Notes under the pieces: model-generated
What the model was told of the DNA's origin: nothing
Seen by the model: only the letters and a program-made list of their open reading frames with translations
The model's database searches: none
Shown: positions 1-10,911 of the stretch, piece by piece
Numbering within the stretch: position 1 is the first letter of the stretch
Layout: every line of letters begins with the position of its first letter
Origin: Thermoplasmata archaeon
GTDB taxonomy: Archaea; Thermoplasmatota; Thermoplasmata; Lutacidiplasmatales; UBA184
Length of the DNA: 44,838 nucleotides
Assembly (NCBI GenBank): GCA_021816955.1
Contig: JAKAWP010000007.1
Coordinates: 1 to 44,838, forward strand
Direction: 5' to 3'
Made by a program: the position numbers and the translations under genes

Positions 1-2
1 AA

Positions 3-110
3 CGTCGCGTGTGGCACCTGAATCTGCTGAAGGGGACGAGGGAGGATCTGAAGAAGCTCGGCTACGGCGGGCTGTTCCGCGAGGACGCGAGGTCAGGCTC
101 GCCGCTGTAA
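3..110 (+). CDS. 3' end of a gene running in from the window edge, possibly a transposase C-terminus
   Basis: Open frame RRVWHLNLLKGTREDLKKLGYGGLFREDARSGSPL ending TAA at 108-110; looks like natural protein sequence; next to IS debris; family assignment is only a guess. Confidence 0.3.
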   Translation, partial: RRVWHLNLLKGTREDLKKLGYGGLFREDARSGSPL

Positions 111-126
111 CAGGTGGCGATAGTCG

Positions 127-850
127 CTATCCAGGTCGTGAGATTCTATTACGCTCGGCCTCCCGATTCGAGCGACTGCCTCCACTTACCTTCCGCGCGA
201 TCACCATTGGACGGAGCGCGCGTTCGTCGCGGTTGTTTGTCGCCTCGACCTGCGGGTCAGCCACGAACCGAAACATCCACCCCCGGGCATTCCGTTCCAG
301 CAGGTGCCGCACGAACCGATACGACCCGAGCCGCTCCTCGAGGCTCCGCTCCAGTCGCGCGGCCTTCTCCATCGATCTCATCCCGCGACTTGCCTCGATT
401 CGGGGTAGATCGCCTGTAGGAGGGGCGGGACCCCCGCTCCCTCCGCCCCCAAGAACTCCGCCAGCTCCCTTGCGTCCCGCAGGAGGTGCGCCCAGCCGTC
501 CGGTTGCGGCCGCTTCGTCTTCCGCGCCAGGGTCGCGAACGCCGAGTGTCGGTCGTTAACATCCGTCCCGACAGCCTGCTCCCCCACCAGCCCGAGCGGC
601 CCCTCGTGCCCGTTCGACGTCGTCACCGGATAGATCGCTTCCGGCCGCGTCGTCACGGTCCAGCGGCGGCGGTTCTCCCCCTGCCGCCGCCACGACGGCG
701 AATCCAGGTGACGGGTCGGCGCGTGACGCCTCGCGACGACCAGTTCCACGTAGAGCGATCCGAACGCCTCCGTCAACTGCTCGAGCGTGTGGGTTCTCTC
801 CCCCTCGCTCACCCGCAGCCCTCGCCGGCGTACGGCGGTGGGGGTAGCCA
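127..850 (-). pseudogene. IS66-family transposase remnant, frameshifted
   Basis: Two frames carry IS66 motifs: HLDSPSWRRQG (degenerate H.DET.W), VNDRHSAF, WAHLLRDAREL, and ATNNRDERALRPMVIARKVSGGSRS (TNNxAERxLRxxVIxRKxSGG); frame break near 380; upstream boundary approximate. Confidence 0.85.
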
Positions 851-1144
851 CCCCACCCGTTTCCGGGAAACGCCCGGACCGTGTCCCGCGTAGGCGATAG
901 ATTTCCCGACATCCGACCTGCCGTTGTAGTCCGTTTCGCTGGTCGAACTGATATCCATCTTCATGATGGTTCGGCGCGCGCGCGAGAGACTGCGAGGCGG
1001 CCGAAGCCGGAATCGAGGGAAGGGTTGCGTCATGGAGGGGCGCACCGGGCAACGGGCCGGGACAAGACGGGATTGCATGGCCCCGACCGGGTTAATCGGT
1101 GGGCCTGATTGGTGGCCTTCGTCGGGCGGCAGGGAATCGTGACG

Positions 1145-2371
1145 ATGGAGGCTTTGGCCAACACCGGCACGTACCGCCTTCGGATCGCCATCGTGAGCGT
1201 CGTCATGGTACGAACGAAGTCAGGACCTCGTCTGCCGGGTGGCGAAGGAGGAGGGCTCCTCCATTTTGCTCGGTTGGCCGAGGAGTGGGTCAAACAGGGT
1301 CACGATGTGGCCGTTTATACCAATCTGCCGGGAGCCTTTGAAGGGAAGTGCACGGTAGTCTACCCGCTCGAAGTCCCAAACGAGCGCCCCGGCAAGGCCG
1401 GGTCCATCACCCACGCGCTGAGGACGATGCTGACGGGTCTGCGCACTAGACCGCGGGGATTGGAACGTGCCTCAGAGACCGAGGGAGATGGTTGGAAATC
1501 GATCGTGATAACCGCTTCTCCAAATCCCCCCGACTTGTTGATCGGGCGCTCTCTGGCGCGTGCCTCGGGATCACCGCTGGTCGTGGCATTTCACCACATC
1601 ACACCCCCTCCATGGTGGTTTCCATTCCGACGGGGAGGTCTGATCCGGTGTACCGGGGCGTGGGTCCTTGGGCAGGTCGGACTGGCCGTGACGAAGGTCG
1701 GGGGTCACACCCCCTCGATCGACCGACTGAGAATCCTGCAGGAATCGGGGTGGAGATTTGCTGGGCCCGTACTGACCGATGATGAGTTTCTAGACCCGGC
1801 CTCCTTAGGACGCAATCCGCCTAATCCCAACCGAACTGTCGAGGTCTGCCATATCAGTCGGCTTTCTCCGATGAAGGGGATTTTCGACGTTCTCGCCGTC
1901 TGGGATAGGGTTCACAAGTCCCTGCCGACTGCCAAGCTGCTTATCGGCGGCGACTTCGAGTCCGAGTCGGTCGAGCGCAAGGTCGACAGAATCTTGAGCC
2001 AGAAGGGCTTGAGAAGATCGGTCACGCTCTTGGGTCCTCTTTCGCAGTCGGCCAAGACCGAGGTGCTCGAGTCGTCCCGCCTATTCCTTTTCCCAAGCTA
2101 TGAGGAAGGCTGGTCGCGTTCCGTCATGGAAGCGGCTTCTCATGGTTGTGTCCCTGTCGTCTATGACCTGCCCGCGTACGACTATTTGGGTACGGACTTG
2201 CCCCGGGTGCCCCCGGGGAACACATCGGAGATGTCCTCCGTCGTCGAGTCTCTTCTCCGCGACCCGATCCGGCTGCGCAGATTGGCGCTCACCCTCCAGC
2301 CGATTCCCGCACGCTACGCTGCGTCCACCATCTCCCGATTTCAAGCGGCGTTCTTATCACGGCTCCGTTGA
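1145..2371 (+). CDS. Glycosyltransferase family 4 (GT-B)
   Basis: N-terminal RIAIVS...GG...GHDVAVYT; SRLSPMKG; FLFPSYEEGWSRSVMEAASHGCVPV (E-x7-E); start taken at ATG 1145. Confidence 0.9.
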   Translation: MEALANTGTYRLRIAIVSVVMVRTKSGPRLPGGEGGGLLHFARLAEEWVKQGHDVAVYTNLPGAFEGKCTVVYPLEVPNERPGKAGSITHALRTMLTGLRTRPRGLERASETEGDGWKSIVITASPNPPDLLIGRSLARASGSPLVVAFHHITPPPWWFPFRRGGLIRCTGAWVLGQVGLAVTKVGGHTPSIDRLRILQESGWRFAGPVLTDDEFLDPASLGRNPPNPNRTVEVCHISRLSPMKGIFDVLAVWDRVHKSLPTAKLLIGGDFESESVERKVDRILSQKGLRRSVTLLGPLSQSAKTEVLESSRLFLFPSYEEGWSRSVMEAASHGCVPVVYDLPAYDYLGTDLPRVPPGNTSEMSSVVESLLRDPIRLRRLALTLQPIPARYAASTISRFQAAFLSRLR

Positions 2372-2817
2372 ATGAAACGGGCCGACGTTCCCGTCATCCC
2401 CAGGCGTGATGCGCCGCCGGAATCTCCCCTCGGTTCACGCCAACCGCCAGTAGCCGACCCGGCTCAAACCTCCTACAGGGGATCCCCTCGGTCGAGGCGG
2501 GATCCGACAGGTTAGAATGACACCACAGGTGCCAAGTTCCGGGAGAAATTCAACTGGGACGAGGAAGATGCCCGGTCCTGACGGGAGGGATGCACTGTGA
2601 AGGAAGAGCTCCCCGGCGGTCGACGCTCCGAGGCAGACCACAACAGACCACAAAGCTGAACGCCTACGTCCCTTCGAGGACAGGGTCCGTCTTCCACTGG
2701 AGCGGAGGGGTCAGGCTCAAGTCGAGGCGTTCTACGGGTTTTGCGATGAGAAGGCAAGCCTGCCTGCCCACTGCGGGCGATCGATCGAAGAGCGGGGACC
2801 GAGGGTCGGCCCACACC

Positions 2818-3531
2818 ATGAAAACTCGAAGTGCCGCGTGTTGGGCGAGAACGCTTCTCGGGGAGGTTATCGATCTCCTCCGGCGGCCCTCTCCCCGCCG
2901 GCTCCAACGATGGAAGGCGCTGATTCTGCTCGGCCTCTCCTTCGGGAAATTGGCGTCCTTACGACTGTTTGTCGAAGCGCCGGTACACGCCCGTACCAGA
3001 CTTGAGTTCCTCGAGAGCGCGGTGAGGGCGGCGTCGCTGCCCGGACTCTGGCTCGAGTTTGGCGTGGCTCGAGGCGACTCAATCAACTTCATTGCGGCCC
3101 AGATCGACCCGCTGGCAATCCACGGTTTCGACTCCTTTTTCGGACTGCCGGAGGACTGGAACCGGCTGTTTCGAAAAGGCGCTTTCTCGCTGCAAGGGGC
3201 GCTTCCCGCGGTCCGCCAGAACGTCACCCTGCACGTGGGACTCTTTCAAGAGAGCCTACCCGCCTTCCTTCTTCGAACGCCCGGCATCGTGGCGTTCGCC
3301 CATATCGATTCCGACCTGTATTCCTCGGCATCTTTTGTACTCGACCGGCTGAGCGATCGCTTGAGTCGGGGGACCGTTCTGGCCTTTGACGAGTTCATCA
3401 CACCCTCCCCCATGAAGAATGAGGCGCACGCGTTCTCCGAGTTCCTCCACCGAACGGGATGGAAGTACGAAGGGGTCGCCACGCACGTCGGTGAGATGGG
3501 AGATCTGAAGGTAGCGGTTCGCATCCGATGA
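2818..3531 (+). CDS. TylF/MycF-like class I SAM-dependent O-methyltransferase
   Basis: WLEFGVARGDS, HGFDSFFGLPEDW, HVGLFQESLP, FAHIDSDLYSS, VLAFDEF motifs; start taken at ATG 2818 (ORF-track N-terminus looks non-coding). Confidence 0.85.
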   Translation: MKTRSAACWARTLLGEVIDLLRRPSPRRLQRWKALILLGLSFGKLASLRLFVEAPVHARTRLEFLESAVRAASLPGLWLEFGVARGDSINFIAAQIDPLAIHGFDSFFGLPEDWNRLFRKGAFSLQGALPAVRQNVTLHVGLFQESLPAFLLRTPGIVAFAHIDSDLYSSASFVLDRLSDRLSRGTVLAFDEFITPSPMKNEAHAFSEFLHRTGWKYEGVATHVGEMGDLKVAVRIR

Positions 3532-3811
3532 CTCTCGGGTCTTGCCGACCTGCACCCCAATGAGAAGAGGACACCGTACTCCAGACGAGGCGGAACCCGG
3601 AAGCGCGGCGTCGCCTTTCGTCTCCATCGAGACGCCGCGCATCCCCTTTCGCAGCCCCGAGCGGAAGGATACGTAGCATCGCACAATCGCGTTCGCAGAC
3701 ACGGTTTGCATCGGTCCGGCGTTCGACCGATCCGATGTCGGGCGATCAGTTCATCGGACCGGGAACGCAGCTGCCTCTCGCTTGTCCCCCCCCTTCGCTG
3801 TCGTTCCTCGC

Positions 3812-5371
3812 TCACGGCGTCAGCCACCGGAGCAGCGGGCCGACCACGTACTTCCAGCGCGGAGCGGAAATCAGGATCGTATCCACCATTTCCGTCGTGA
3901 CGCCCCGGGTCCACCGAAGGAGGACCAGAAAGAGGGCGAGGCCGACGGCTACCCCCGCAACGGCACCCAACGGCCCGGCTCCCGGCACCGCAAGGATCAC
4001 GCCGATCGTGGCGGCCATGGCGACCGACGCCGTCCAGATGGAGAGGAGGGGCCGCCACGCGATCCGAATCAGCCCGGTCCCTCGCAGCCCGAAGTAGAGC
4101 ACGACCAGCGGCACCCATGCCATCGCGGAGTTTCCGATCGCGGCCCCGGTGAAGCTGAAACGCGGGATGAGGACAACCGACAGGGCGATGTTGCTCAAGA
4201 GGGCCAGCGCCGAGGCGTACATCACGAGCGGGGTGCGCCGGATGCCGAAGGCCAGGCTCCCGAGCACGGTGTACGGGATCGCGGCGGCGGTGGCGAGGAG
4301 GAGGATCCTCAGCGGCTCGCTCGCCGAGACGTAGGCGGGCCCGACGAACAGCCCGAGCGCGACCGGCGCCACGGCGCTCAGCAGGAGGGCGGCCGGCACG
4401 TAGACGAGCACCACCAGGGCGATGGAGACCCCGACCACGGAGCGGATCCCCTCCGCATCGTCGCGCCCGAAGAGCGCCGAGAGGCGGGGAACCAGGACGG
4501 TGCCGAACGGGTTGACCAAGTAGGCGGCCGCGCTGGCGGCGAGAATGGCATAGGTGTAGATGCCCACCGCACTGAGGTCTACGAACGCCGCGAGGATGAG
4601 CCGGTCCACGTAGAACGCTCCCGTCCCGAGCAGGCCGGCCACGTAGGCGGGAAGCGAATAGCGGAAGAGTTCCGGGAACATGCGGCCGATACCGGTCGGT
4701 GGTCGGCCGCGGGCCGGCGAGCGCTCGAGGGACGCCGTCTGTCGAAGCACCACCCCGAGGCAGAGGCTCGCGCTGACCGCCATCCCGAGGCTCCACCCGA
4801 CGACGACCGTCACGGGAGTTCCTGGAAACGCCCGGAGAAGGCCGACCGTCCCTCCGTACATCACGATGGTTTGCGCCATGGTGATCGCCGAGAGCGCCAT
4901 GAACCGCTGCAGGCCGGCGAGCAGCGACTGCAGCACGCCGACGGCCATCGATAGGCCGGCGAAGATGGCGAGGAGGTCGAGCAGGGCGGCATAGCTGGCC
5001 GTGTGGAAGAAGAGGCGGCTCCATTCCGCGGCGAACCCGACGAGCAGGACGATCGCGGCCCCGGCCAGCAGGAGCGCAACGCCGAGCGCGAGCCGGGCGA
5101 GCCGGCGCGCCCGGATCGCATCTCCCTTGCCACGATAGTAGGCGAGATAATGCTGGAAGCCGTTTCCGAGCCCCAACGAGGTGAATCCGACGACCACGGT
5201 GGCGATGGCGGCCAGGAGGGAGATCGTTCCAACCTCCGCCGACGAAGCGGTCCGGGCGAGATACAGGTAGAAGAGGCCGCCTCCGAGGGCGAGCGCGACG
5301 GTGCCGGCGTAGATCCAAGGGACGCTCCCGCTCGGAGTGGCAGCGGGATCGGTGGAGAGGGGGTTAGACAA
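3812..5371 (-). CDS. Wzx-type oligosaccharide flippase (MOP superfamily)
   Basis: About 12-14 hydrophobic segments; YLART...EVGTISL, FRYSLP, VDRLIL...AVGIY, LIPRFSFTGAAI patterns; sits among glycosyltransferases. Confidence 0.88.
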   Translation of the reverse strand: MSNPLSTDPAATPSGSVPWIYAGTVALALGGGLFYLYLARTASSAEVGTISLLAAIATVVVGFTSLGLGNGFQHYLAYYRGKGDAIRARRLARLALGVALLLAGAAIVLLVGFAAEWSRLFFHTASYAALLDLLAIFAGLSMAVGVLQSLLAGLQRFMALSAITMAQTIVMYGGTVGLLRAFPGTPVTVVVGWSLGMAVSASLCLGVVLRQTASLERSPARGRPPTGIGRMFPELFRYSLPAYVAGLLGTGAFYVDRLILAAFVDLSAVGIYTYAILAASAAAYLVNPFGTVLVPRLSALFGRDDAEGIRSVVGVSIALVVLVYVPAALLLSAVAPVALGLFVGPAYVSASEPLRILLLATAAAIPYTVLGSLAFGIRRTPLVMYASALALLSNIALSVVLIPRFSFTGAAIGNSAMAWVPLVVLYFGLRGTGLIRIAWRPLLSIWTASVAMAATIGVILAVPGAGPLGAVAGVAVGLALFLVLLRWTRGVTTEMVDTILISAPRWKYVVGPLLRWLTP

Positions 5372-5589
5372 CTCGCTTCCTCCTTCGAGCCGAAGCCGGT
5401 CCGGGCTGAGCCAAGTGGGGCGGCTTCGGGCCCCCTAGGCTCCTGCGACCTGAATGCCGCCTGCACCGTTCGCTCGGGAGAAGGGTTGTTCCCCGTTCAG
5501 GCTCGGGCGCGAAGCGGGGCGTCCCGCGCAGCCGAGGACAGCCGGAGGCGTCGTTTCGAGCGGCGACTTCGCCATGGCGTTGATACGGG

Positions 5590-5621
5590 CGATTGCCCTG
5601 AGTATTAATCTACTGGGCAGT
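5590..5621. promoter_or_regulatory. AT-rich TATA-like box (AGTATTAAT) flanked by an imperfect inverted repeat, between the divergent flippase and GT2 genes
   Basis: GATTGCCC...AGTATTAATC...GGGCAGTC; the only AT-rich patch in this intergenic region. Confidence 0.45.
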
Positions 5622-5880
5622 CGGTAGCTCGTTCGATGCGGGAGGCGTCGCCGCGACGGCACGGCACCTTTGCGACTTCCCGGCGTGGCCCGGTCACGAG
5701 CGAGGCATCGCGGCCCTCCTCTCGGTTGCCCCGCGTTCGAATCGGGCGGAGGCGTCGGAGCGGCCTGTCGGGCCGGAGGCGCGCCCTCATTCGCCTCGCA
5801 CCCCGGGAGGGGCCGACCGGGTCTCGCGGCCCGGGGCGCGATGGTTTTCCTCCCTGCCGCGGAATGAACCGGGCGGAGGG

Positions 5881-6960
5881 ATGAGAGCGCCCGACCCCGC
5901 CCCGACGGCGCCCCGCCGCCCTCCGTCCGCCGAAGCCTGGATCGTCCACTACGGGGACCGGGCGATCCTCGAGCGCTGTCTCTCCTCGTTCGAGGCGGAG
6001 GGGGCGCGCGACGGCCTGAGCGGGATCACCGTCTGGGCGAACGAAAGCTCGCCCGACTTGCGCCGGTCGATCGCGCACGACCACCCCGGGGTGAGGGTGC
6101 TCGGGAGCGCCGAGAACCTGGGATACGCCCGGGCCGCCAACGAGGCGCTCACGCGAAGCGACGCCGATTTCCTCGTGCTCCTGAACAACGACGTCGTTGT
6201 GACTCCCGGATGGTTGCCGCCGATGCTCGCCCTCGCCGAAGGCGATCCGTCGGTCGCCCTCGTGCAGCCGAAGCTCCTCTCCTCGCGTGATCCGGAGCTC
6301 TTTGACGCGGCCGGCGCCGCGGGGGGGTTTCTCGACCGGTTCGGCTTTCCTTGCTGCCGGGGCCGGATCCTCGAGACGCGGGAAGCCGACCTCGGCCAGT
6401 ACGACGATTCTCGGGAGGTCTTCTGGGCGTCGGGCGCGGCGCTCCTGATGCGGAGATCGGCGGTCCGGGACGCGGGCGGGTTCGACGAACTCTTCTTCAT
6501 GTGCCACGAAGAAACGGATCTCGCCTGGCGCCTCCACGCCCGCGGCTACCGAAGCGTGGCCTGCGGCGAGTCGAAGGTCTTCCACGAAGGCTCGGCCACC
6601 TTCTCGAGCCGCCGGGAGTTGCGACGGCTTCAGCGGTACCTCCGGCACCGCAACAGCCTGCTCCTGGTGCTCAAGAACTGCGAGGCACCCGAGCTCTTGG
6701 TCCGAGCGCTTCCACGCCTGATGCTCGAAGTGGCGAGCTGGCCCTACTTCTTCGTGCGCGACCACGGCGAGCTGCGCGCCTCGATCGAAGGATTGGCCTG
6801 GATCGCGACCCATCCCCGTTCGATCCTCCGCGTGCGAAGAACGGCCCGGGCCCTGCGGACGCGCCCGCGCCGAGAGTACGCGCACCTCTTCGTTCCGGCG
6901 GTCGTGCCGATCGCCTACTTCCTGCAGGGCCGACGACGGTTTTCCGACCTCGCGGAGCAG
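5881..6960 (+). CDS. Glycosyltransferase family 2 (WbbL/GT2-like), first half of the 5881..8238 open frame
   Basis: IVHYG, ENLGYARAAN, LLNNDVVV (DxD-like), FWASGAALLMRR, GGFDELFFMCHEETDLAWR, VFHEGS; no stop codon after the domain, so the end is approximate. Confidence 0.85.
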
Positions 6961-7323
6961 GGGCCGAGAGCCACTCGGGCCCCTTCCGCGGTCCGTCCCG
7001 CCGCCCGGCCGACGCCCTCGGATCCCTCCCAAGGAACTCGGGCAGGGCCGAACGATACGTGGCGGTCACACAGTACCCGACGAGGGGCCGGGTTCGCTCC
7101 CTTGCTCGGAGGAGCGGCAACGGGGTGGTCGCCCCCTCCGGCTGGCCGAAACGACGAGGCTTTACCGGACCACCCGTCCCGAGCGCGGAACCCCAACCGC
7201 CGGCCTCCCGACCCGGTCGGCAACGGCGTGGCATGCGTCCTACGACCCGTCCTTGCAGGGGGCGCAACGGCTAAACAAGGGCGCCGGGATGGCTCGCCGG
7301 GTGAGCCGTTCCGCTGGCCTCCG

Positions 7324-8238
7324 ATGTCCCTTCTCAATGGAAATGGGGCTTTCCGCCAGGTCCCCGCCGGGGAACGGGGCGACCGTTCGGCGGATACGAA
7401 CGAACTCCCCGGGCTCTCCATCGTGATCCCCACGTTCAACGAGGCGGCGTCGCTGCGACCGCTCCTGCCCCGGCTGTCTGAGGTGGTCCAGCAATGTTCC
7501 CCGCTGGTGGCGGAGCTGATCTTTGTCGATGACGGGAGCCAAGATGGGACCCGCCAACTGATCCGACAGTACGCGGAGGAATTGACGACCGTGCCGGTTC
7601 GATTGCTGGCGCGAAGCCGTCCTTTCGGCTCGGCAAATGCCGAATTGTACGGCTGCCAACAGGCCCGAGCGCGCTGGGTGGCTAAGCTCGACGGAGACGG
7701 TCAGCATGCCCCGGCCCTGATCCCGCGGCTCCTCGAAACCATAGACGAGGAGGTCGACATCGTCGTGGCGTCTCGGTACTGCGAGGGAGGGGGAAACCAC
7801 TGGCCGGCGGTTCGCGGAGTGATCAGCCGGTCGGCTCGATTCTTGGCCGGTCTAATCCTCCCCCCGGCGCGACGGCTGTCGGATCCGATCTCCGGATTCT
7901 TCCTTGTGCGTCGATCATTAACTTTGGGGCTCGACCCGGCGCTTGCCCGCTACAAGCTCCTGCTGTACCTCCTTGCGGCGAATCCCCGGGCACGCGTGCG
8001 CGAGGTCCCCCACCAGATGCTGAACCGGACCGGGGGAAGGTCCAAGATCGCTGGGTCGGATCTGATGTTTGTCCCGCGGTTCTTGGCCGAGCTTCTGTCG
8101 TATGGTCGAGTGTACCACGCGCACGGTCGCCTTCGGGACGCGCCCACCGGAACATCGCACGCGAAAATGCAAGAGACGAACCCCGCCCCGCACGGCACGT
8201 CCCCCCACCGCTCGCAGCCCTCGACCCTCGAACGATAA
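7324..8238 (+). CDS. Polyprenol/dolichol-phosphate mannosyltransferase-like GT2 (DPM1-like), second half of the open frame
   Basis: LSIVIPTFNEA, ELIFVDDGSQDGT, KLDGDGQHAP, IVVASRY, DPISGFF, EVP...RTGGRSK; own ATG at 7324. Confidence 0.85.
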   Translation: MSLLNGNGAFRQVPAGERGDRSADTNELPGLSIVIPTFNEAASLRPLLPRLSEVVQQCSPLVAELIFVDDGSQDGTRQLIRQYAEELTTVPVRLLARSRPFGSANAELYGCQQARARWVAKLDGDGQHAPALIPRLLETIDEEVDIVVASRYCEGGGNHWPAVRGVISRSARFLAGLILPPARRLSDPISGFFLVRRSLTLGLDPALARYKLLLYLLAANPRARVREVPHQMLNRTGGRSKIAGSDLMFVPRFLAELLSYGRVYHAHGRLRDAPTGTSHAKMQETNPAPHGTSPHRSQPSTLER

Positions 8239-8273
8239 TACCGCGCACGACTCCGGAGCCACCGTACCGCGCG

Positions 8274-9443
8274 TTACCGACGAACGGTGGCCTCGTGGAA
8301 GGCCCCGTAGAAATCGGAGAATACGTTGTCCCACGTGTAGTCGATGAATCGGTTGCGAGCTGCCTCCGCAAGACGCTCGAACCGGCGCGTGTCCGCCGCG
8401 AGATCGACCAACGCTTGGCGGAGGGCTCCAAGATCCCCGCTTGGGACCAGGACCCCGGTTTGACCGTTCCCCACGGAATCGCGTATCCCGGCAACGTCGT
8501 ACCCCACGACCGCGCAGCCAAACGTCTGTGGCTCCACGGCGCTCAGCCCCCAGCCTTCCTTCTCGGAAGTGACCAGCGCCACCTTCGCCCGACGATAGAA
8601 GCCACGCTTGATCGGCTCGGGAACGCGGTCCGTGAAGACCGTGCGACCGGCGATTCCCAGCCGGGCGGCTTCCTCGAGGAGGCGTCCTCGGTACGTCGCG
8701 TTCTCGAATGGCCCAATCACGGCCAGCCTCCAGTCGGTGGGAAGCCCGGCGAAGGCGGCAAGGCCGTGCTCGACTCTCTTCCACGGACGCAGGGGCCCGG
8801 TGATGACGGCCAAATTCTCCTTGACGTTCCCGCCGAGTTCGGCCTTGGTGGGTAAGTCCACCCCTGACCGAACCACCCGGATCGACCGGAAGCCAAGAGT
8901 GCGGAGTTCCGCCTCGGTCGAGCGGCTGTTCGTGATGACCGGCCGATCCCGATACAGTCGAGGCGAGATTCTGTTCTGCACGAATTCGAGCAAGAGGCCG
9001 AGCCCCCCCACTTTTCGAACGAAGGTCTCTCTCGGTATGACATGATGAACCATCGAAAGGGTGGGTTGATGAGTCAAGAGCGGGGTGAAGTACGGAATGC
9101 CGCTGATCGACTCGAAGATTACGGCGTCCCGATACCTGCCCACCACTCGGGCCATCGCGTGCAGAAACGTGGTGGGTTCGGACCCGGCCCGAACGATCTT
9201 CACGCCGTCCAGATCCTCTTGGATCGGCGCGCCGGGAAACCGTGCCGAGAGCCACGTCACCCGGTAACCGGCAGCGACCAATCGTCGCGCCATCTCGAAG
9301 CAGTATCGTGGGGCCCCGCCTGATTTGGGATTCTGAGGGTCGTCGTAACAGAGGACGAGCACGTGCGTGGCGTCCGGAACACTCCGCGTGCGACCCGGCC
9401 GCCCTGCTTGGGACGGCGATCGCCGCTGCTCCTCGCGGTACAT
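8274..9443 (-). CDS. Glycosyltransferase family 4
   Basis: PKSGGA, GYRVTWL, GPLRPWKR, TSEKEGWGLSAVEP (E-x7-E), DSVGNGQTGVLV, YTWD. Confidence 0.9.
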   Translation of the reverse strand: MYREEQRRSPSQAGRPGRTRSVPDATHVLVLCYDDPQNPKSGGAPRYCFEMARRLVAAGYRVTWLSARFPGAPIQEDLDGVKIVRAGSEPTTFLHAMARVVGRYRDAVIFESISGIPYFTPLLTHQPTLSMVHHVIPRETFVRKVGGLGLLLEFVQNRISPRLYRDRPVITNSRSTEAELRTLGFRSIRVVRSGVDLPTKAELGGNVKENLAVITGPLRPWKRVEHGLAAFAGLPTDWRLAVIGPFENATYRGRLLEEAARLGIAGRTVFTDRVPEPIKRGFYRRAKVALVTSEKEGWGLSAVEPQTFGCAVVGYDVAGIRDSVGNGQTGVLVPSGDLGALRQALVDLAADTRRFERLAEAARNRFIDYTWDNVFSDFYGAFHEATVRR

Positions 9444-9562
9444 TTCAGCACCCTCTGCGCTTCGATTGGGTGGTCCGCGTCACCCCGCCTTTGCGTTCGC
9501 TAAACGCTGGATCGCATTTCGCGAAAATATTGACCGCCCTTGCGAGTGCATGTTTCCGGTGA

Positions 9563-9677
9563 GGTACGGCGGGCCTCGAAAGTGAAGGAACCGGCCGCGC
9601 TCCAGCACCCGGTCCAAGATCGCCTCTGCCAGATCCGGGGCGTGCAGCACGCGTCCCCACTCCTCCACCAATCGATT
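9563..9677 (-). pseudogene. IS21-family IstB ATPase C-terminal remnant
   Basis: NRLVEEWGRVLHAPDLAEAILDRVLERGRFLHFRGPPY matches the IstB tail SN.P..EW..V.....A.AILDRL.......L.G.SYR. Confidence 0.75.
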
Positions 9678-9772
9678 CCCCTGAACACCATCGGTCGCCG
9701 ATGAAGGTGGCGCTCGTGACGGGCATGACATGGTGAAGGTAGCCCGTCCCTATCGGGACTGGGGGCGACCCG

Positions 9773-10787
9773 ATGCACCTGGGAGTGGTCATCCCCACGG
9801 CGTTCGGTCAGACCACCGTCATGGACGAGAGCGGGCCGATCGTCGAGCGGGCGAAGGTGCCGACCGACCGTGAGCACCGGAGCGAGTTCTTCCGGCGTCA
9901 CTCGGGAAGTCGGGCGGTCATCGAGTCGAACCCGGTCTGGGAGTTTGTCTATGACGAACTGCGCTCCCTCGGGATCGATACCATCTTGGCGAACCCGCTT
10001 CAGGTCCGAGCCATCGCGAAGAGCAAGACGAAGACCGATCGGGTGGACTCGGCCACGCTGGCCCACCTGCTTCGGGCCAACCTGATCCCGGAGGCCTGGG
10101 CCGGGCCGAAAGCGACTCGGGACCTCCGAAAGGACGTTCGGGCCCGCCCGGGGTTACGCCGCCTCTCCCCCTCGTTGAAGCACCCGGTCTACGCCGAGTA
10201 CATCCGCACCGGCGTGCCGTACGCCGAAGGGTCGCTCGGGAGTAAGAAGGGACGGGAGCGAGCGGTTGAGTGCCTCGGCACGGATCCCCGAGTTTCGACC
10301 CGACGGGAACGGTTCGGCGCGATCGAGGAGAAGATCCAAGAGTTCCATCGCAAGCTCCGGCTCCCCAAGTTCGAGGAGAACCGGAAGGCCCAGCTCCTCG
10401 CCCCCATCCCCGGTGTCGGGTTCTATACGGCCCTCACAGTGGTCGCCTTCGTCGGCGACGCGGATCGATTCCCCGACCGCAGCACCCTCGTCTCCTCGCT
10501 GGCCTCGCGCCATCCATCCACCGATCGGCCCGCGTCACTCGCCTCGGTCCGATCCCCAAGGCCGGACCGCACCAGCTGCGTTGGGCGCGCGTCACGGCCC
10601 GGCTCGGGAGACCGGCCCGCGCTGGAACCGCTACCGTTGACGGGTTTGTCGACGAGGAAAGCACGTGGCGATGACCGCCGCGGCCGCGAAGCTCCTGCGC
10701 GTGATGTACTGGAAGCTCAAGGTGAACCAAACGTATCGGCCCCAAGGGAGGGAACCTCGAGGGTACACTGAGGGCGAACCTCGGTGA
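9773..10787 (+). pseudogene. IS110-family (DEDD) transposase, decayed
   Basis: AVIES, LANP, KTKTDRVDS, IPGVG..TAL; C-terminal GLAPSIHRSA...GPIPKAGPHQLRWA and AAAAKLLRVMYW lie in two other frames; the first catalytic Asp (GxD) is replaced (HLGVVIP). Confidence 0.88.
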
Positions 10788-10911
10788 CGTGGGTGAGGCG
10801 ACCTCCCTGGGCATAGGGCGTAGAGAGCCATCGTGGGGGACGAACCCCGGATCAGGTGGTTGCCCGCCGATCGGTCGTGACCTTTCGAGGAACCATATGC
10901 GATTTCGAACT
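10788..10911 (+). ncRNA. Candidate seekRNA/bridge-RNA region of the IS1111-type element
   Basis: Non-coding interval between transposase stop and right sub-terminal repeat, with short hairpins (GGGG-ACGAA-CCCC, CCGATCGG, GGTC-GT-GACC); assignment by position only. Confidence 0.4.

Noticed and set aside
2515-2560. Possible IS end (CACAGGTGCCAAGTTCCGGG), faintly like the sequence after the stop at 110
   Set aside because: No partner inverted repeat or transposase found; similarity too weak
5435-5575. Small minus-strand ORF MAKSPLETT... about 26 nt behind a TATA-like box
   Set aside because: Low-complexity product with no motif; equally explained as the 5' leader of the flippase
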